From a virus: a stretch of 64,000 nt of DNA. Each line of letters starts with the position of its first letter. The stretch's first letter is position 1. The translations under genes and the position numbers were made by a program. The notes beneath the pieces are model-generated. The model had not been told where the DNA came from and did not search any database. It saw only the letters and a list, made by a program, of their open reading frames with translations. Of this stretch, positions 20,715 to 30,336 are shown piece by piece. The DNA is taken from the IMG/VR virus record IMGVR_UViG_3300027509_000012; one strand, written 5' to 3'.

Positions 20715-20742
20715 ATTTTATCATGGAATTTTTCATTGTCAA
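20715..20742 (-). promoter_or_regulatory. Sigma70-type promoter pointing into the non-coding element
   Basis: Minus strand TTGACA-16-TAAAAT with extended TGn. Confidence 0.6.
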
Positions 20743-20792
20743 TACCCAGTTCACACTTTTTTCAAAATAAATTTGAAATAGATATTAATGTG

Positions 20793-20821
20793 TTGTGTTA
20801 CCCATACTGAATAGCTATACT
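20793..20821 (+). promoter_or_regulatory. Sigma70-type promoter for the helicase (leaderless)
   Basis: TTGTGT-17-TATACT, ATG 7 nt downstream, no SD. Confidence 0.5.
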
Positions 20822-20828
20822 CTCCAAC

Positions 20829-22448
20829 ATGAAATTACACAAAGATATAGCGCCCTTTTGGGTTGGTGGGGATTCAATGCCACCACGTAAGTCTCAAGTA
20901 GAAGCAATGAACTGGATGGTCGAACATAAAAAGGCCAAATACTTAATTTTAGAAATGCCTGTAGGTAGTGGTAAAAGTCTTTTAGGTATGACATTCTCTC
21001 GATACCGAGGTAATAGTTCATTCGCATTAACTCCACAAATCATTTTACAAAAACAATATGAGAATGATTTTGAAACAGATAAAACATTAAAGTTAAGTTC
21101 GTTCTATGGTAAATCCAATTACCAGTGTTATGAAAAAGGTGTTAGCTGTGCTGCTGGTAGTTTAATTAAACCGCGCTGTCAGTCGTGTCCATATCTTGAT
21201 GCACGTAAGTTTGCTCAAAATGCAAACAACACAGTAATGAACTATACATTGGGATTAAGCGTGTGGTCTTATACCAACATGTACAAATCAGAAGATGGCT
21301 CACCTAAAACCAGAAATTTAACAATACTCGACGAAGCTCATAAGGTAGAACATCATTTAGTACAGTTCGATACTGTTATCATCAATGAGAATTGGTGTTT
21401 GGAAAATAATATATCAATTCCTAAATCAACTGAAATGTCCGACATTATTGAGTTTATTAGAGACAAATACAATGAAGCATTGATTAATGCATATGAGCAG
21501 ATAAATGCAGAGTTGGAATTCATTAAAGAAACAAAGAATACCAGAGGCGCTTCTTCTAAGGAAATGAAGAAAACCAAAGAGTTGAATTTTCTTGAATCAC
21601 AAATAACCGTATGTCATGGCATATTAAAGCTTGATGTTGAAGATGTAGAGAAAGATTATGTTTTAATCACATCACCACAAGGCATAGAATTAAAACGTTT
21701 ATACGGTAAGCGCTCATTCAAAACAATCATGGATCCAATGTCAAAGCAGATGTTATTCATGTCATCTACTATTTTGAATAAAGATGATTTTTGTCGCGAT
21801 CTTGGTATTAATCCAAAAGAAGCAGAGTTCCTATCACTTGAATCTGAATTTGATGCAGAGAACCGTCCTGTTCTTTATATGCCACGTATGAAGATGAATT
21901 ATGGTTGGAACAAACCAGAAAATGCTGCTGATCGTAAAGAGATGCTTGCAACTATTAAAAAGATCTGTGATATGAATGAAGGTGAAAGTGGTGTTATTCA
22001 TTCAGGTAATTTTGCAGTAGCTGAATGGTTGTGTGAAGAATTAAACATTGGTGGTACTCATGAAATCATTCAACACAATCCATCTTCGAAGATTAAACGA
22101 AATGATGCTATTCAAGATTTTATCGAAACATCAACACCATCTGTTTTAATATCACCATCGAGTACGGAAGGTTTGGATTTAAAAGATGATTTAGCACGAT
22201 TTGCTATATTCGTTAAAGTACCGTTTGGGAACATGGGTGATGCATGGATTAAGAAACGTATGCAGATATCTAGTGAGTGGTATCAACGTCAAGCTATGAT
22301 AGAAGTTATTCAAGGTGGTGGTCGTATTGTAAGAACGCCAGATGATTGGGGAACTACATTTATATTAGATGGTTCGTTCGGATATCTATACCAACAGAAC
22401 AAACATAAAGTACCTAAGTGGTGGAAGTCTGCATATCAACAGATTTAA
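20829..22448 (+). CDS. DinG/XPD-family SF2 helicase
   Basis: Q motif, MPVGSGKS, four-Cys cluster (C..C..CQSCPY), ILDEAH, MSST, EGLD, KVPF, QGGGRIVR..DD.G. Confidence 0.92.
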   Translation: MKLHKDIAPFWVGGDSMPPRKSQVEAMNWMVEHKKAKYLILEMPVGSGKSLLGMTFSRYRGNSSFALTPQIILQKQYENDFETDKTLKLSSFYGKSNYQCYEKGVSCAAGSLIKPRCQSCPYLDARKFAQNANNTVMNYTLGLSVWSYTNMYKSEDGSPKTRNLTILDEAHKVEHHLVQFDTVIINENWCLENNISIPKSTEMSDIIEFIRDKYNEALINAYEQINAELEFIKETKNTRGASSKEMKKTKELNFLESQITVCHGILKLDVEDVEKDYVLITSPQGIELKRLYGKRSFKTIMDPMSKQMLFMSSTILNKDDFCRDLGINPKEAEFLSLESEFDAENRPVLYMPRMKMNYGWNKPENAADRKEMLATIKKICDMNEGESGVIHSGNFAVAEWLCEELNIGGTHEIIQHNPSSKIKRNDAIQDFIETSTPSVLISPSSTEGLDLKDDLARFAIFVKVPFGNMGDAWIKKRMQISSEWYQRQAMIEVIQGGGRIVRTPDDWGTTFILDGSFGYLYQQNKHKVPKWWKSAYQQI

Positions 22449-22630
22449 TAAACTGGGTTCATTGATCCTTTTTGAGATTCTAAACGTTTTTTGATTTGGT
22501 CAATTAACATGTCTCGTTCACCCGCAGTCAAATCCTTAGCATCTTGGTATTGTATTCCTCCACGCATATACCAAGAAATGTGAGCGATTGTTTCTGTTAA
22601 ATTCCTAGCCTGTGAAGATAACTTTGCCAT
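22445..22630 (-). CDS. Baseplate hub assembly catalyst gp51-like (possibly the -1 frameshift extension of the upstream ORF)
   Basis: WYMRGGIQY....LT..ER motif; frame stays open upstream past the gp26-like stop. Confidence 0.7.
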   Translation of the reverse strand: MAKLSSQARNLTETIAHISWYMRGGIQYQDAKDLTAGERDMLIDQIKKRLESQKGSMNPVY

Positions 22631-22668
22631 AAAGCGTCTTATATCTTCGGGTTCGCCCGATCTTAGTA

Positions 22669-23580
22669 CTAGGAAAATAGCACTAAAGGGCTGGTGGGTA
22701 ATTCCACCTCCATAGTTTCCTTACACGTTCTACACTTGACCTTAACAGTAGTATTCACACCCCAATTAGCAACTTCTTCTATTTTATCGTTGATAGATCT
22801 TATTTGAGCTGATGTTACAATTTCCAACCATTCGCGAATCATTTTAGTATCAGAAATTTCATCAACCGCTGCGATAACACCAGCTAATTGATCTAGGATT
22901 AAATTTTTCTGTTGTTCTTCATCAACATCTTCTCTAGCAGCATGTGCCTGTGCTTGCATTAAGTTGACATACACCCCAAAGCGAAGTGGTTCAAATTTAA
23001 CAATCTGACCTGAATCTAATTCAAGTGTATAGATTTTAGCCATCTTAGTAACATTTAATGATTTAGTTACTGATATTACTTTATCCAGATTTGCTTCATA
23101 TGTCTGTTCGGTAGGTTCTTGATCATCTTCCAATCCCCCACACTCATAATGAGTGCGAGTAAATTCAAACTTAGGACCATATGATATTTTTCTCATACAC
23201 AATAAAATGAAATCCACGTCTTGGGCTAATAGCATTTCTGGTTTTAATACTGATGGAACACATCGTTTAATAGCTTTAACAATTCCTTCACCAGAATATA
23301 GTAATGCTGGACTCGAAATATTAATTTCATCCATCGTAGTCAGTGGGTGAATATGAACTTCTCCATTTTCAACACTAGAATCTAGTTCACCATCATTATA
23401 GAAAACACCACCAGATGGAAGTCTATGATCCTCACCGGGCATTTGCGCTCGTTCTAGTAACGGGTTAGATGGCGTTGGTGGCAACGGCTTACTGTCTACT
23501 TTTTTAGTTTCTATTGACTCAGTATTCTCTGTCGCCACTGGCGGTAATTCTGTTGTATCGACTGTTTTTTTATCTGACAT
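22669..23580 (-). CDS. gp26: Baseplate hub assembly chaperone gp26-like
   Basis: LPSGG.FY, D.DFILL..RKISYG, C-terminal CxxC. Confidence 0.82.
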   Translation of the reverse strand: MSDKKTVDTTELPPVATENTESIETKKVDSKPLPPTPSNPLLERAQMPGEDHRLPSGGVFYNDGELDSSVENGEVHIHPLTTMDEINISSPALLYSGEGIVKAIKRCVPSVLKPEMLLAQDVDFILLCMRKISYGPKFEFTRTHYECGGLEDDQEPTEQTYEANLDKVISVTKSLNVTKMAKIYTLELDSGQIVKFEPLRFGVYVNLMQAQAHAAREDVDEEQQKNLILDQLAGVIAAVDEISDTKMIREWLEIVTSAQIRSINDKIEEVANWGVNTTVKVKCRTCKETMEVELPTSPLVLFS

Positions 23581-23601
23581 TTTTAAAAATCTCTAATCAC
23601 C

Positions 23602-23621
23602 TAAATAAGAATGTATTTATA
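23602..23621. promoter_or_regulatory. Overlapping opposite-strand late promoter pair
   Basis: TAAATA (+, 23602-23607) and TATAAATA (-, 23614-23621) between the divergent gp26-like and tape-measure genes. Confidence 0.6.
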
Positions 23622-23652
23622 TAGTATATATCATTAATTTAAGAGCACGTAA

Positions 23653-26091
23653 ATGGCAGCATCAGATCAGCAAATATTTGACGAATTGGTTAAATTAAAC
23701 CGTACAATGGCTAAAGTCGGTAAATTTATCGATAATTCCGATGGTGAGAATGCATTGGATGGTATTGCCGAAGGTTTCTCTACAATTACTGACCGAATTG
23801 ATAAAAAGGGCAGTAAATTAACAAGAGAGATGAATGCCAGCACCAGAAATATTGGTGATATGCAAAAGAAATTAAATATCAGTCACGCCGATGCCATTCG
23901 AGTTTATGACCAAAATAGAGAAAAATTCCTAAAGACTGGACAAGTTACTGATGCCATGCGAGCTGATATGGCAGCACTAGGCATGGAAAATGTCAGCTTA
24001 ACCAGAGACACCCGCGATTTTAGCAAAGAATTAAAAAATTATCATACTGAAATGCGAGACTTTGCTAGCTCATATGATGATGCTGCTGATAAAATGCGCC
24101 ATTCAGATACTAAAACAACAGAGTCTAGAGCAAAAAATAGTCGCGTAGTAGAGAAAGTATTTACAGCATTAGCTATCGCTGGTAAAGAAGCTTTGGATGT
24201 TACAAAAGCATCGATGCAAGCTGGTGTTAAAATAACAGCAAATGAAATATACCAATCTAGATTGATGGGAATGAGTCATTTAGAATTAATTGGAACTCAG
24301 AAAGAATTTAAACAATCAATTAGTGCATCTGGTATGACTACCAACGAATTCACTAAAATGATGTTGGAATCATCAAATGAATTAATGTTATCCACTGGTA
24401 GTTTAAAAGATGGTGCAGTATTTGCAGCTAATGCAATGAAACAATTTAGAATGCTTGGTGGTGGTACTGAAGAAGAACAATCCGAATATGCAGCAAGAGC
24501 ATCGCAGGCATTTAACAAATTAAATTCAATTACAGGATCTACGTTAGAAAATTTCACAAAATTAAATGATGATTTAATTAACAATTCTGATATCCAACAA
24601 AAAATGTTTAAGATGGATAAAAAGCGTCGAGCAGGTTATATGCTCGAATTGATGGATCAAAGAAATCGTTTAGCTAAGATGGGAATGTTTGAAGAACAAG
24701 CGCAAGAAGTAATAAAATCTATAGCTGAGATGACATCGAAGGATGGAAAAAGCAGACTTCAAGATGCTGCAAAAATGGAAGCAGCACTAGGCGCAATGGG
24801 AATGGGCCAAGAAGGTAAAATAGCAGCCGATATTTTAAGAAAAGGCGCAAGAGCTTCAAAAGAAGAACAAGCACAACTTGCTTTAATAATGACTAAAGCA
24901 GCTAAAGAATCAGCCAAACGACAACAAGGATCATTAGGTCAAGAAATTGCACAAGATCAATTGTTAGATAAAACTGGAATGGACAAATATTTTGGTCCTA
25001 ATAGTGCAGCAGCCAAAGCGGTAACAATGGCAGGCAACGCATTAGACGATAGAACAGATCCAACCGCTGATGCAACATGGCAAAGTGAATTACTTGCATC
25101 GATTATGAAATTTAATGAACGATTAAGTACATTACTTGGTGATGGTTGGATGTTAAAATTTGCAGGAACTCTAGCTACTGGTTTAGCAGCAAGATCTGCT
25201 TTTGGTAAACTTGGTACTGCTGGCGGTATGGGAGCTGCTGGAGCAAGAGCTGGTGGTGGTAAAGGTAGTTTATTAAAAAGATCATGGGGTACAGTAGCAA
25301 AGAATGTTGGTAAATTAGCTGGAATTGTAGCACTTGTGTCTGGAAAATTTACAGCAATAATAGCTGGTATCGGAGGCGCTTTATCAACAATAGCTGGTGC
25401 AATAGCATCATCGGCTGTATTGGTTGGTTCTATTGCTGGTGTGGTTGCTGGAATAACTGGATGGTTAGCAGGATCGGCACTAAACGATTACATAAATGAG
25501 CATATGCCTGAAGTCGGAAAAACGATTGGTGGCACAGTTAATGAAATGGTGGAATCTCTTGACGATGGAACTGTTCTTAGTGATGCTGCCAAATATCATG
25601 GTAAATGGATGGGTGATCTTAAAGACAATGTTTTAGGATTTTTAGGCGGCGGTAAGGATGAAACTAATGAAGACAAAAAAGCATTAAAAGCAGCAACAGA
25701 TGCAGTCAATGCAAATCAAGATACAACTAGTGCTGTAGAAACTTTAACAAAAGAACAAAAGCAAATTAAAGAAGCTGGAACTCTTGGAGATGAACTAGCA
25801 CAAGCAGCTCTATTATCACAAGTAAAAGATCCAGAGGCAGTATTTGATCAAAATGCTACATTAAAAACAGATGAAAGCGAAGTAAGATCAAGAACTGAAG
25901 CTGAAGAAACAGCACAAGATACACGGGTGCGACAATTAGAAGCAATATGGGATGTGGCCTTTTTACTTGAAAGATTAAATCGAACAACTGAAAATCATTT
26001 CAGAAATCAAGAAGCAATGGGTAGTAGCTTTAAAGATACTGCTGGATATGATCCATATAGATCTGGTGGTGGCACCAGCGTTTATTCGTAA
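23653..26091 (+). CDS. Probable tape measure protein
   Basis: 812 aa, helical and Ala/Met/Lys-rich, with a hydrophobic Gly/Ala stretch near aa 500-610; next to the hub chaperones. Confidence 0.65.
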   Translation: MAASDQQIFDELVKLNRTMAKVGKFIDNSDGENALDGIAEGFSTITDRIDKKGSKLTREMNASTRNIGDMQKKLNISHADAIRVYDQNREKFLKTGQVTDAMRADMAALGMENVSLTRDTRDFSKELKNYHTEMRDFASSYDDAADKMRHSDTKTTESRAKNSRVVEKVFTALAIAGKEALDVTKASMQAGVKITANEIYQSRLMGMSHLELIGTQKEFKQSISASGMTTNEFTKMMLESSNELMLSTGSLKDGAVFAANAMKQFRMLGGGTEEEQSEYAARASQAFNKLNSITGSTLENFTKLNDDLINNSDIQQKMFKMDKKRRAGYMLELMDQRNRLAKMGMFEEQAQEVIKSIAEMTSKDGKSRLQDAAKMEAALGAMGMGQEGKIAADILRKGARASKEEQAQLALIMTKAAKESAKRQQGSLGQEIAQDQLLDKTGMDKYFGPNSAAAKAVTMAGNALDDRTDPTADATWQSELLASIMKFNERLSTLLGDGWMLKFAGTLATGLAARSAFGKLGTAGGMGAAGARAGGGKGSLLKRSWGTVAKNVGKLAGIVALVSGKFTAIIAGIGGALSTIAGAIASSAVLVGSIAGVVAGITGWLAGSALNDYINEHMPEVGKTIGGTVNEMVESLDDGTVLSDAAKYHGKWMGDLKDNVLGFLGGGKDETNEDKKALKAATDAVNANQDTTSAVETLTKEQKQIKEAGTLGDELAQAALLSQVKDPEAVFDQNATLKTDESEVRSRTEAEETAQDTRVRQLEAIWDVAFLLERLNRTTENHFRNQEAMGSSFKDTAGYDPYRSGGGTSVYS

Positions 26092-26139
26092 CATATAATT
26101 ATTTTCGCTATAAATAGCTTATTATAGGAATAAAATTTA

Positions 26140-27768
26140 ATGGCGAAATTTACATCATTTTATAAAATTGTCCAGCCTAAGACTCAAGGCGAATCAATAA
26201 TTAATAATAATCAAGATCTAGTCGGCGCTGGATCTTATTCTAATAATGCTTGGTATCAATCGACAATTAAAGGATTAACATCTAGAATGGTGCAATATCA
26301 GCAATATTCGTCAATGGATGCTGATGTTGAAGTTTCTCGTGCATTAAATACTATCGCCGAAGAAATGACTGGAAACGATCCTAAAACCAACACACCAATT
26401 AATTTAGAACTATTAACGACTGATAAAACAAAATACGACAGTACTGAAGTATTAACATTAAAAGCTGCATTGTCTCGATGGAATGATATTCATGATTGGG
26501 AAAGTAAATTATTCGCAGTTTGTCGTAATACCGTTAAATTTGGTGATGTATTTTTTCGCAAGCACAAAGATAAATTTGATCGAAAGTGGGAATACATCGA
26601 TTCTAAAAATGTAGTAGCTGCTGCCGTTAATCCAGATGATGTAACAAAAGTAATTGCATGGCAAGTTAGATCACAAATTAAAAAACCTAAAACTGCATTA
26701 TCACCGATTCAAAAAGATGTATCTGGAAGTGATGATTTTAATACTGTGTGGGTTCCAGCATCAGAAATTGTTCAAATTACTTTAAATGATGAAATGTCTG
26801 AAGCAGCACCATTTGGTATTTCTATACTAGCACCAGTATATAAAGCTTATAAACAAAAAGAATTAATGGAAGATGCTACGATAATCTATCGCGTACAACG
26901 CGCACCAGAACGTCGAGTATTTTATGTTGATGTTGGTAATGTTCCAGCACAGCGAGCAAAAGCTCAAATCGAACAATATAAAAACGATATCAAGCAAAAG
27001 AAGATTCCATCATTTAATGGTGGTAAGCAAACAGTTGATAGTGTTTACAATCCACAAAGTATGAATGAAGATTTTTTCGTAGCTGTTAGACCAGAAGGAC
27101 GTGGTTCTAGAATCGAATCATTGCCCGGTGGAACTGGTGGTGGTGATACTGACGAACTAGAATATTTCCAACGTCGATTGTGGGAAGGTCTTAATATTCC
27201 TACTTCTTATATGATGACAGGCGATGATTCTGGAGCATCTTTTAATGATGGCAAGGTTGGTGTTGCTTATATACAAGAATTACGCTTTGCACAATTTATC
27301 GGTAGATTACAACGAAATATCGAAAATGAGTTAGATAAAGAATTTAAAATATGGTTAAAGAAAGCGGGAATTTATGTAGATCCATTATTATATAGATTGC
27401 GTTTACCATCACCATCTAACTTCGGTAAGTATCGTCAGCAAGAAATGGATGGTAATTTATTGGGTCAATATGGAACAGCAGATGGTATCGAATATATGTC
27501 AAAGCGATTTGCCATGAAACGATACTTACAATTAACTGATGAAGAAATTGTTATGAATGATCGCATGAAGCGAGAAGAATTAGGAATTCCTTTGGATGAT
27601 AATAGTCCTGAAATGCTAAAACAGATCTACAGTGGTATGCCAGCAGAAGAAGGTATGGACGGTGGCTTTGGTGGCGAATCATTAGATACCACTTCAGAAA
27701 CTGAAGATTTGCCAGATGATGACGGTGGAGATGCTGAAGGTGAAAGTGAATCACCAGATTCGCCATAA
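26140..27768 (+). CDS. gp20: Portal vertex protein
   Basis: PFGISIL, LMEDATIIYRVQRAPERRVFYVDVGN.P, EDFF, IESLPGG; TATAAATA box at 26109. Confidence 0.96.
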   Translation: MAKFTSFYKIVQPKTQGESIINNNQDLVGAGSYSNNAWYQSTIKGLTSRMVQYQQYSSMDADVEVSRALNTIAEEMTGNDPKTNTPINLELLTTDKTKYDSTEVLTLKAALSRWNDIHDWESKLFAVCRNTVKFGDVFFRKHKDKFDRKWEYIDSKNVVAAAVNPDDVTKVIAWQVRSQIKKPKTALSPIQKDVSGSDDFNTVWVPASEIVQITLNDEMSEAAPFGISILAPVYKAYKQKELMEDATIIYRVQRAPERRVFYVDVGNVPAQRAKAQIEQYKNDIKQKKIPSFNGGKQTVDSVYNPQSMNEDFFVAVRPEGRGSRIESLPGGTGGGDTDELEYFQRRLWEGLNIPTSYMMTGDDSGASFNDGKVGVAYIQELRFAQFIGRLQRNIENELDKEFKIWLKKAGIYVDPLLYRLRLPSPSNFGKYRQQEMDGNLLGQYGTADGIEYMSKRFAMKRYLQLTDEEIVMNDRMKREELGIPLDDNSPEMLKQIYSGMPAEEGMDGGFGGESLDTTSETEDLPDDDGGDAEGESESPDSP

Positions 27769-27821
27769 AAATTAACTCATAAATAAACCTATATATTAAG
27801 TTATTTTAGGAGATACTGATA

Positions 27822-28070
27822 ATGAGTGATGAATACCGAAAAGATAAATTGCGATCAATGTTAGACAACATGGTTGATAACAATGATGAGCAAACTCAGG
27901 TTGATTTTCATCAATATGCTACTTCGAAGCTTCAAAACATGTTGGGTTACGAACCAGTAGATACTGGTGAGATTGATGGCGAAGCCGAAGCTGAAAGCTT
28001 TGAAGAAGTTGAAGTAGAAGTTCCAAATATGGACAATGAATTCCAAACTGAAATAGAAGTTGAAGATTAA
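27822..28070 (+). CDS. Small acidic prohead core protein (gp67-like position)
   Basis: Very acidic; AGGAG SD; lies between portal and protease. Confidence 0.6.
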   Translation: MSDEYRKDKLRSMLDNMVDNNDEQTQVDFHQYATSKLQNMLGYEPVDTGEIDGEAEAESFEEVEVEVPNMDNEFQTEIEVED

Positions 28071-28112
28071 ATAAGAAATTCGAGTGTAATAACAATAATA
28101 AATCTCGACATC

Positions 28113-28137
28113 AAAAGGGCCGCTTGGCCCTTTTTTT
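28113..28137 (+). terminator. Rho-independent terminator
   Basis: AAAAGGGCC-GCTT-GGCCCTTTTTTT. Confidence 0.85.
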
Positions 28138-28198
28138 GTGTTTCAAATTTAATTTGTATAAATAATAGCTATAACATTAATTTAACGGAACTGATAAA

Positions 28199-28819
28199 AT
28201 GGACCAAGAACTATTATTTGAAGAATTATCACCATCTACAGCAAACCTTTTATCAGAAGCGTCTGCGGATGGAAAGACACTTTGGTTAAATGGTGTATTC
28301 ATGCAAGCGGAAGTTCAAAATCGCAATTCGCGTGTATATCCTCTTTCTGAAGTAACTGCTGCGGTTAATAACCTAAAAGAAAGTATCCAACAAACAAACG
28401 GTGTAATGGGCGAACTTGATCATCCAACATCTATCTCTCTTAACCTTGATCGCGTATCTCATGTAATTAAAGATATTCGCATGGAAGGTAACAACGCTAT
28501 AGGTCGTGCGGAAATAATTAACACTCCTATGGGTAACATTGCAAAAGAACTTATCAAGTCTGGTGTACATTTAGGTGTGTCTAGTCGCGGTACTGGTTCT
28601 GTTAACGAAGGTCGAGTATCTGGATTTAACGTAGTGACAATTGATATTGTTGCAAATCCATCGGCTCAAGGTGCAGTACCTAATGCAATTTACGAATCTC
28701 TTGATAACAAGCAAGGTAAGAAAGTACTTACTTTGGCCGAATCTGTACAAACTGATCCAGATGCACAAAAATTCTTTGTTAAAGAATTCGGTAAGTGGTT
28801 AACTAAAGAATTTAATTAA
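28199..28819 (+). CDS. gp21: Prohead core protease
   Basis: NRNSRVYP, GELDHP, GVSSRG.G, DIVANPS. Confidence 0.95.
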   Translation: MDQELLFEELSPSTANLLSEASADGKTLWLNGVFMQAEVQNRNSRVYPLSEVTAAVNNLKESIQQTNGVMGELDHPTSISLNLDRVSHVIKDIRMEGNNAIGRAEIINTPMGNIAKELIKSGVHLGVSSRGTGSVNEGRVSGFNVVTIDIVANPSAQGAVPNAIYESLDNKQGKKVLTLAESVQTDPDAQKFFVKEFGKWLTKEFN

Positions 28820-28826
28820 TAAGAAA

Positions 28827-29195
28827 ATGAGCGGTTACGACCATTCGTATCCAGAAACACTTCTAGATAAAATGGCCCTTCAGATAATGGAAGGGTCATT
28901 ATCACCAAATGGATTCAACAACAAACATCCTGAATACTACGAAGAATTATTAATTCGTACCGATTTCCTTCCATCCTACGCATACGTTCTAGAACGCTTT
29001 TGGCACATAGCAAATAAGACAGATCAGAAGCCGATTTGCATCAGAGAAGGTTGTGAAGATGAAACCCACTGGCGTCGAGCAAATAAGGCACATACTGCAT
29101 GGTGTTCAATGCATTGTCTTAGGAAATATTATTGGGAAAACCTGCAAAAAGAAGAAGAAATTAATGACGTAAGTACTTGTTTAACGAAAAAATGA
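28827..29195 (+). CDS. Small zinc-ribbon protein (paralog of 40518-40847)
   Basis: T.FL....ER..HI.N....PIC....C...WCSMHC. Confidence 0.7.
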   Translation: MSGYDHSYPETLLDKMALQIMEGSLSPNGFNNKHPEYYEELLIRTDFLPSYAYVLERFWHIANKTDQKPICIREGCEDETHWRRANKAHTAWCSMHCLRKYYWENLQKEEEINDVSTCLTKK

Positions 29196-29352
29196 AAATT
29201 TTCAAAAAGCTGAGAGCCGCATAAACACTGGGTTTCAAGTATATAAATTAAGTTTTTTACAAAAACCACGCGCATTATATAAATAATTATCATATTAAAA
29301 AAGAACAATTTATTTTTAACCATTTAAAACAATCGATTTTGGAGAAAAAGAG

Positions 29353-30294
29353 ATGGACGAACTGTTACAAAAACTATTAGAAAAAGAGATTTTGACTCCT
29401 GAATCACAGGAAGAATTACGTACAGCATTTGATGATCAAGTTAAAGCTGCTTCTGACGCCGCTGCTGATGCAGCTCGAATCGAAGTAACTGCTGAACTTA
29501 CTGAAAGCTTTGTTGCTGAAAAAGAGCAATTAATTGAAGCTATCGATCAGAAAGTGACTGATATGTTCGCCAATGAAATTGGCGAACTACAAGAAGATTT
29601 CGAAGCTTATAAAGATCTTGAAGCTGATTATGCTGAAAAACTAGTTGAAGCTAAAGCTTCTCTAGCTGATGAAGTACAGGTTGATCTTGCTAAGCTAGTT
29701 GATGAGCTTGATGCTTTCGTTGAAGTTCAACTTGCTGAAGAAGTAAGTGAGCTACGTGAAGATATCGAAGCAAGTCGTAAAGACCAGTTCGGTCGCAAGA
29801 TTTTCGAAGCAATGGCTGATGAATTTCGTGATAACTTCCATAGTGAAGATGACACAACTGAAACAATTTCAAGCATGGCAACTGATCTAGAAGATGCAAC
29901 TGCCAAGCTAGAAGAAGCAGAAAGCAAAGTAGCTGAGTACGAGCGAAATGAAAAAATGACTTCTTTACTATCACCTCTTTCTGGAACTCAGAAGGAAATG
30001 ATGGAAACTATTTTGAAGAACGTGCCAACCCCACGTTTAGACGAAACATACGAGACATTCATTGGTCGCGTAGTGCGCAAGACAGACGACAACACGGAGA
30101 AGGAAGATGGTACGGTACTTTCCGAAAGTTCAGAAGTTAATGGCGAAAAAGATACTGAATCTGAAGTTCTTGCAGAAGATTTAGTAGTAGTCACTGGTGA
30201 TACTGGTGAACAAACTGAAACTAAGGTTGAACTAACTGAAACTGCTAAAGCACAGATTGCTCATGCACGTCAGATAGCTGGCCTTACTGAATAA
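29353..30294 (+). CDS. gp22: Prohead scaffolding protein
   Basis: Acidic coiled coil, FGRKIFEA motif; between protease and capsid; GGAG SD; TATAAATA at 29278. Confidence 0.88.
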   Translation: MDELLQKLLEKEILTPESQEELRTAFDDQVKAASDAAADAARIEVTAELTESFVAEKEQLIEAIDQKVTDMFANEIGELQEDFEAYKDLEADYAEKLVEAKASLADEVQVDLAKLVDELDAFVEVQLAEEVSELREDIEASRKDQFGRKIFEAMADEFRDNFHSEDDTTETISSMATDLEDATAKLEEAESKVAEYERNEKMTSLLSPLSGTQKEMMETILKNVPTPRLDETYETFIGRVVRKTDDNTEKEDGTVLSESSEVNGEKDTESEVLAEDLVVVTGDTGEQTETKVELTETAKAQIAHARQIAGLTE

Positions 30295-30336
30295 TAAATT
30301 TTTGACTTAACTTAATAATACTTTGGAGAATATATA

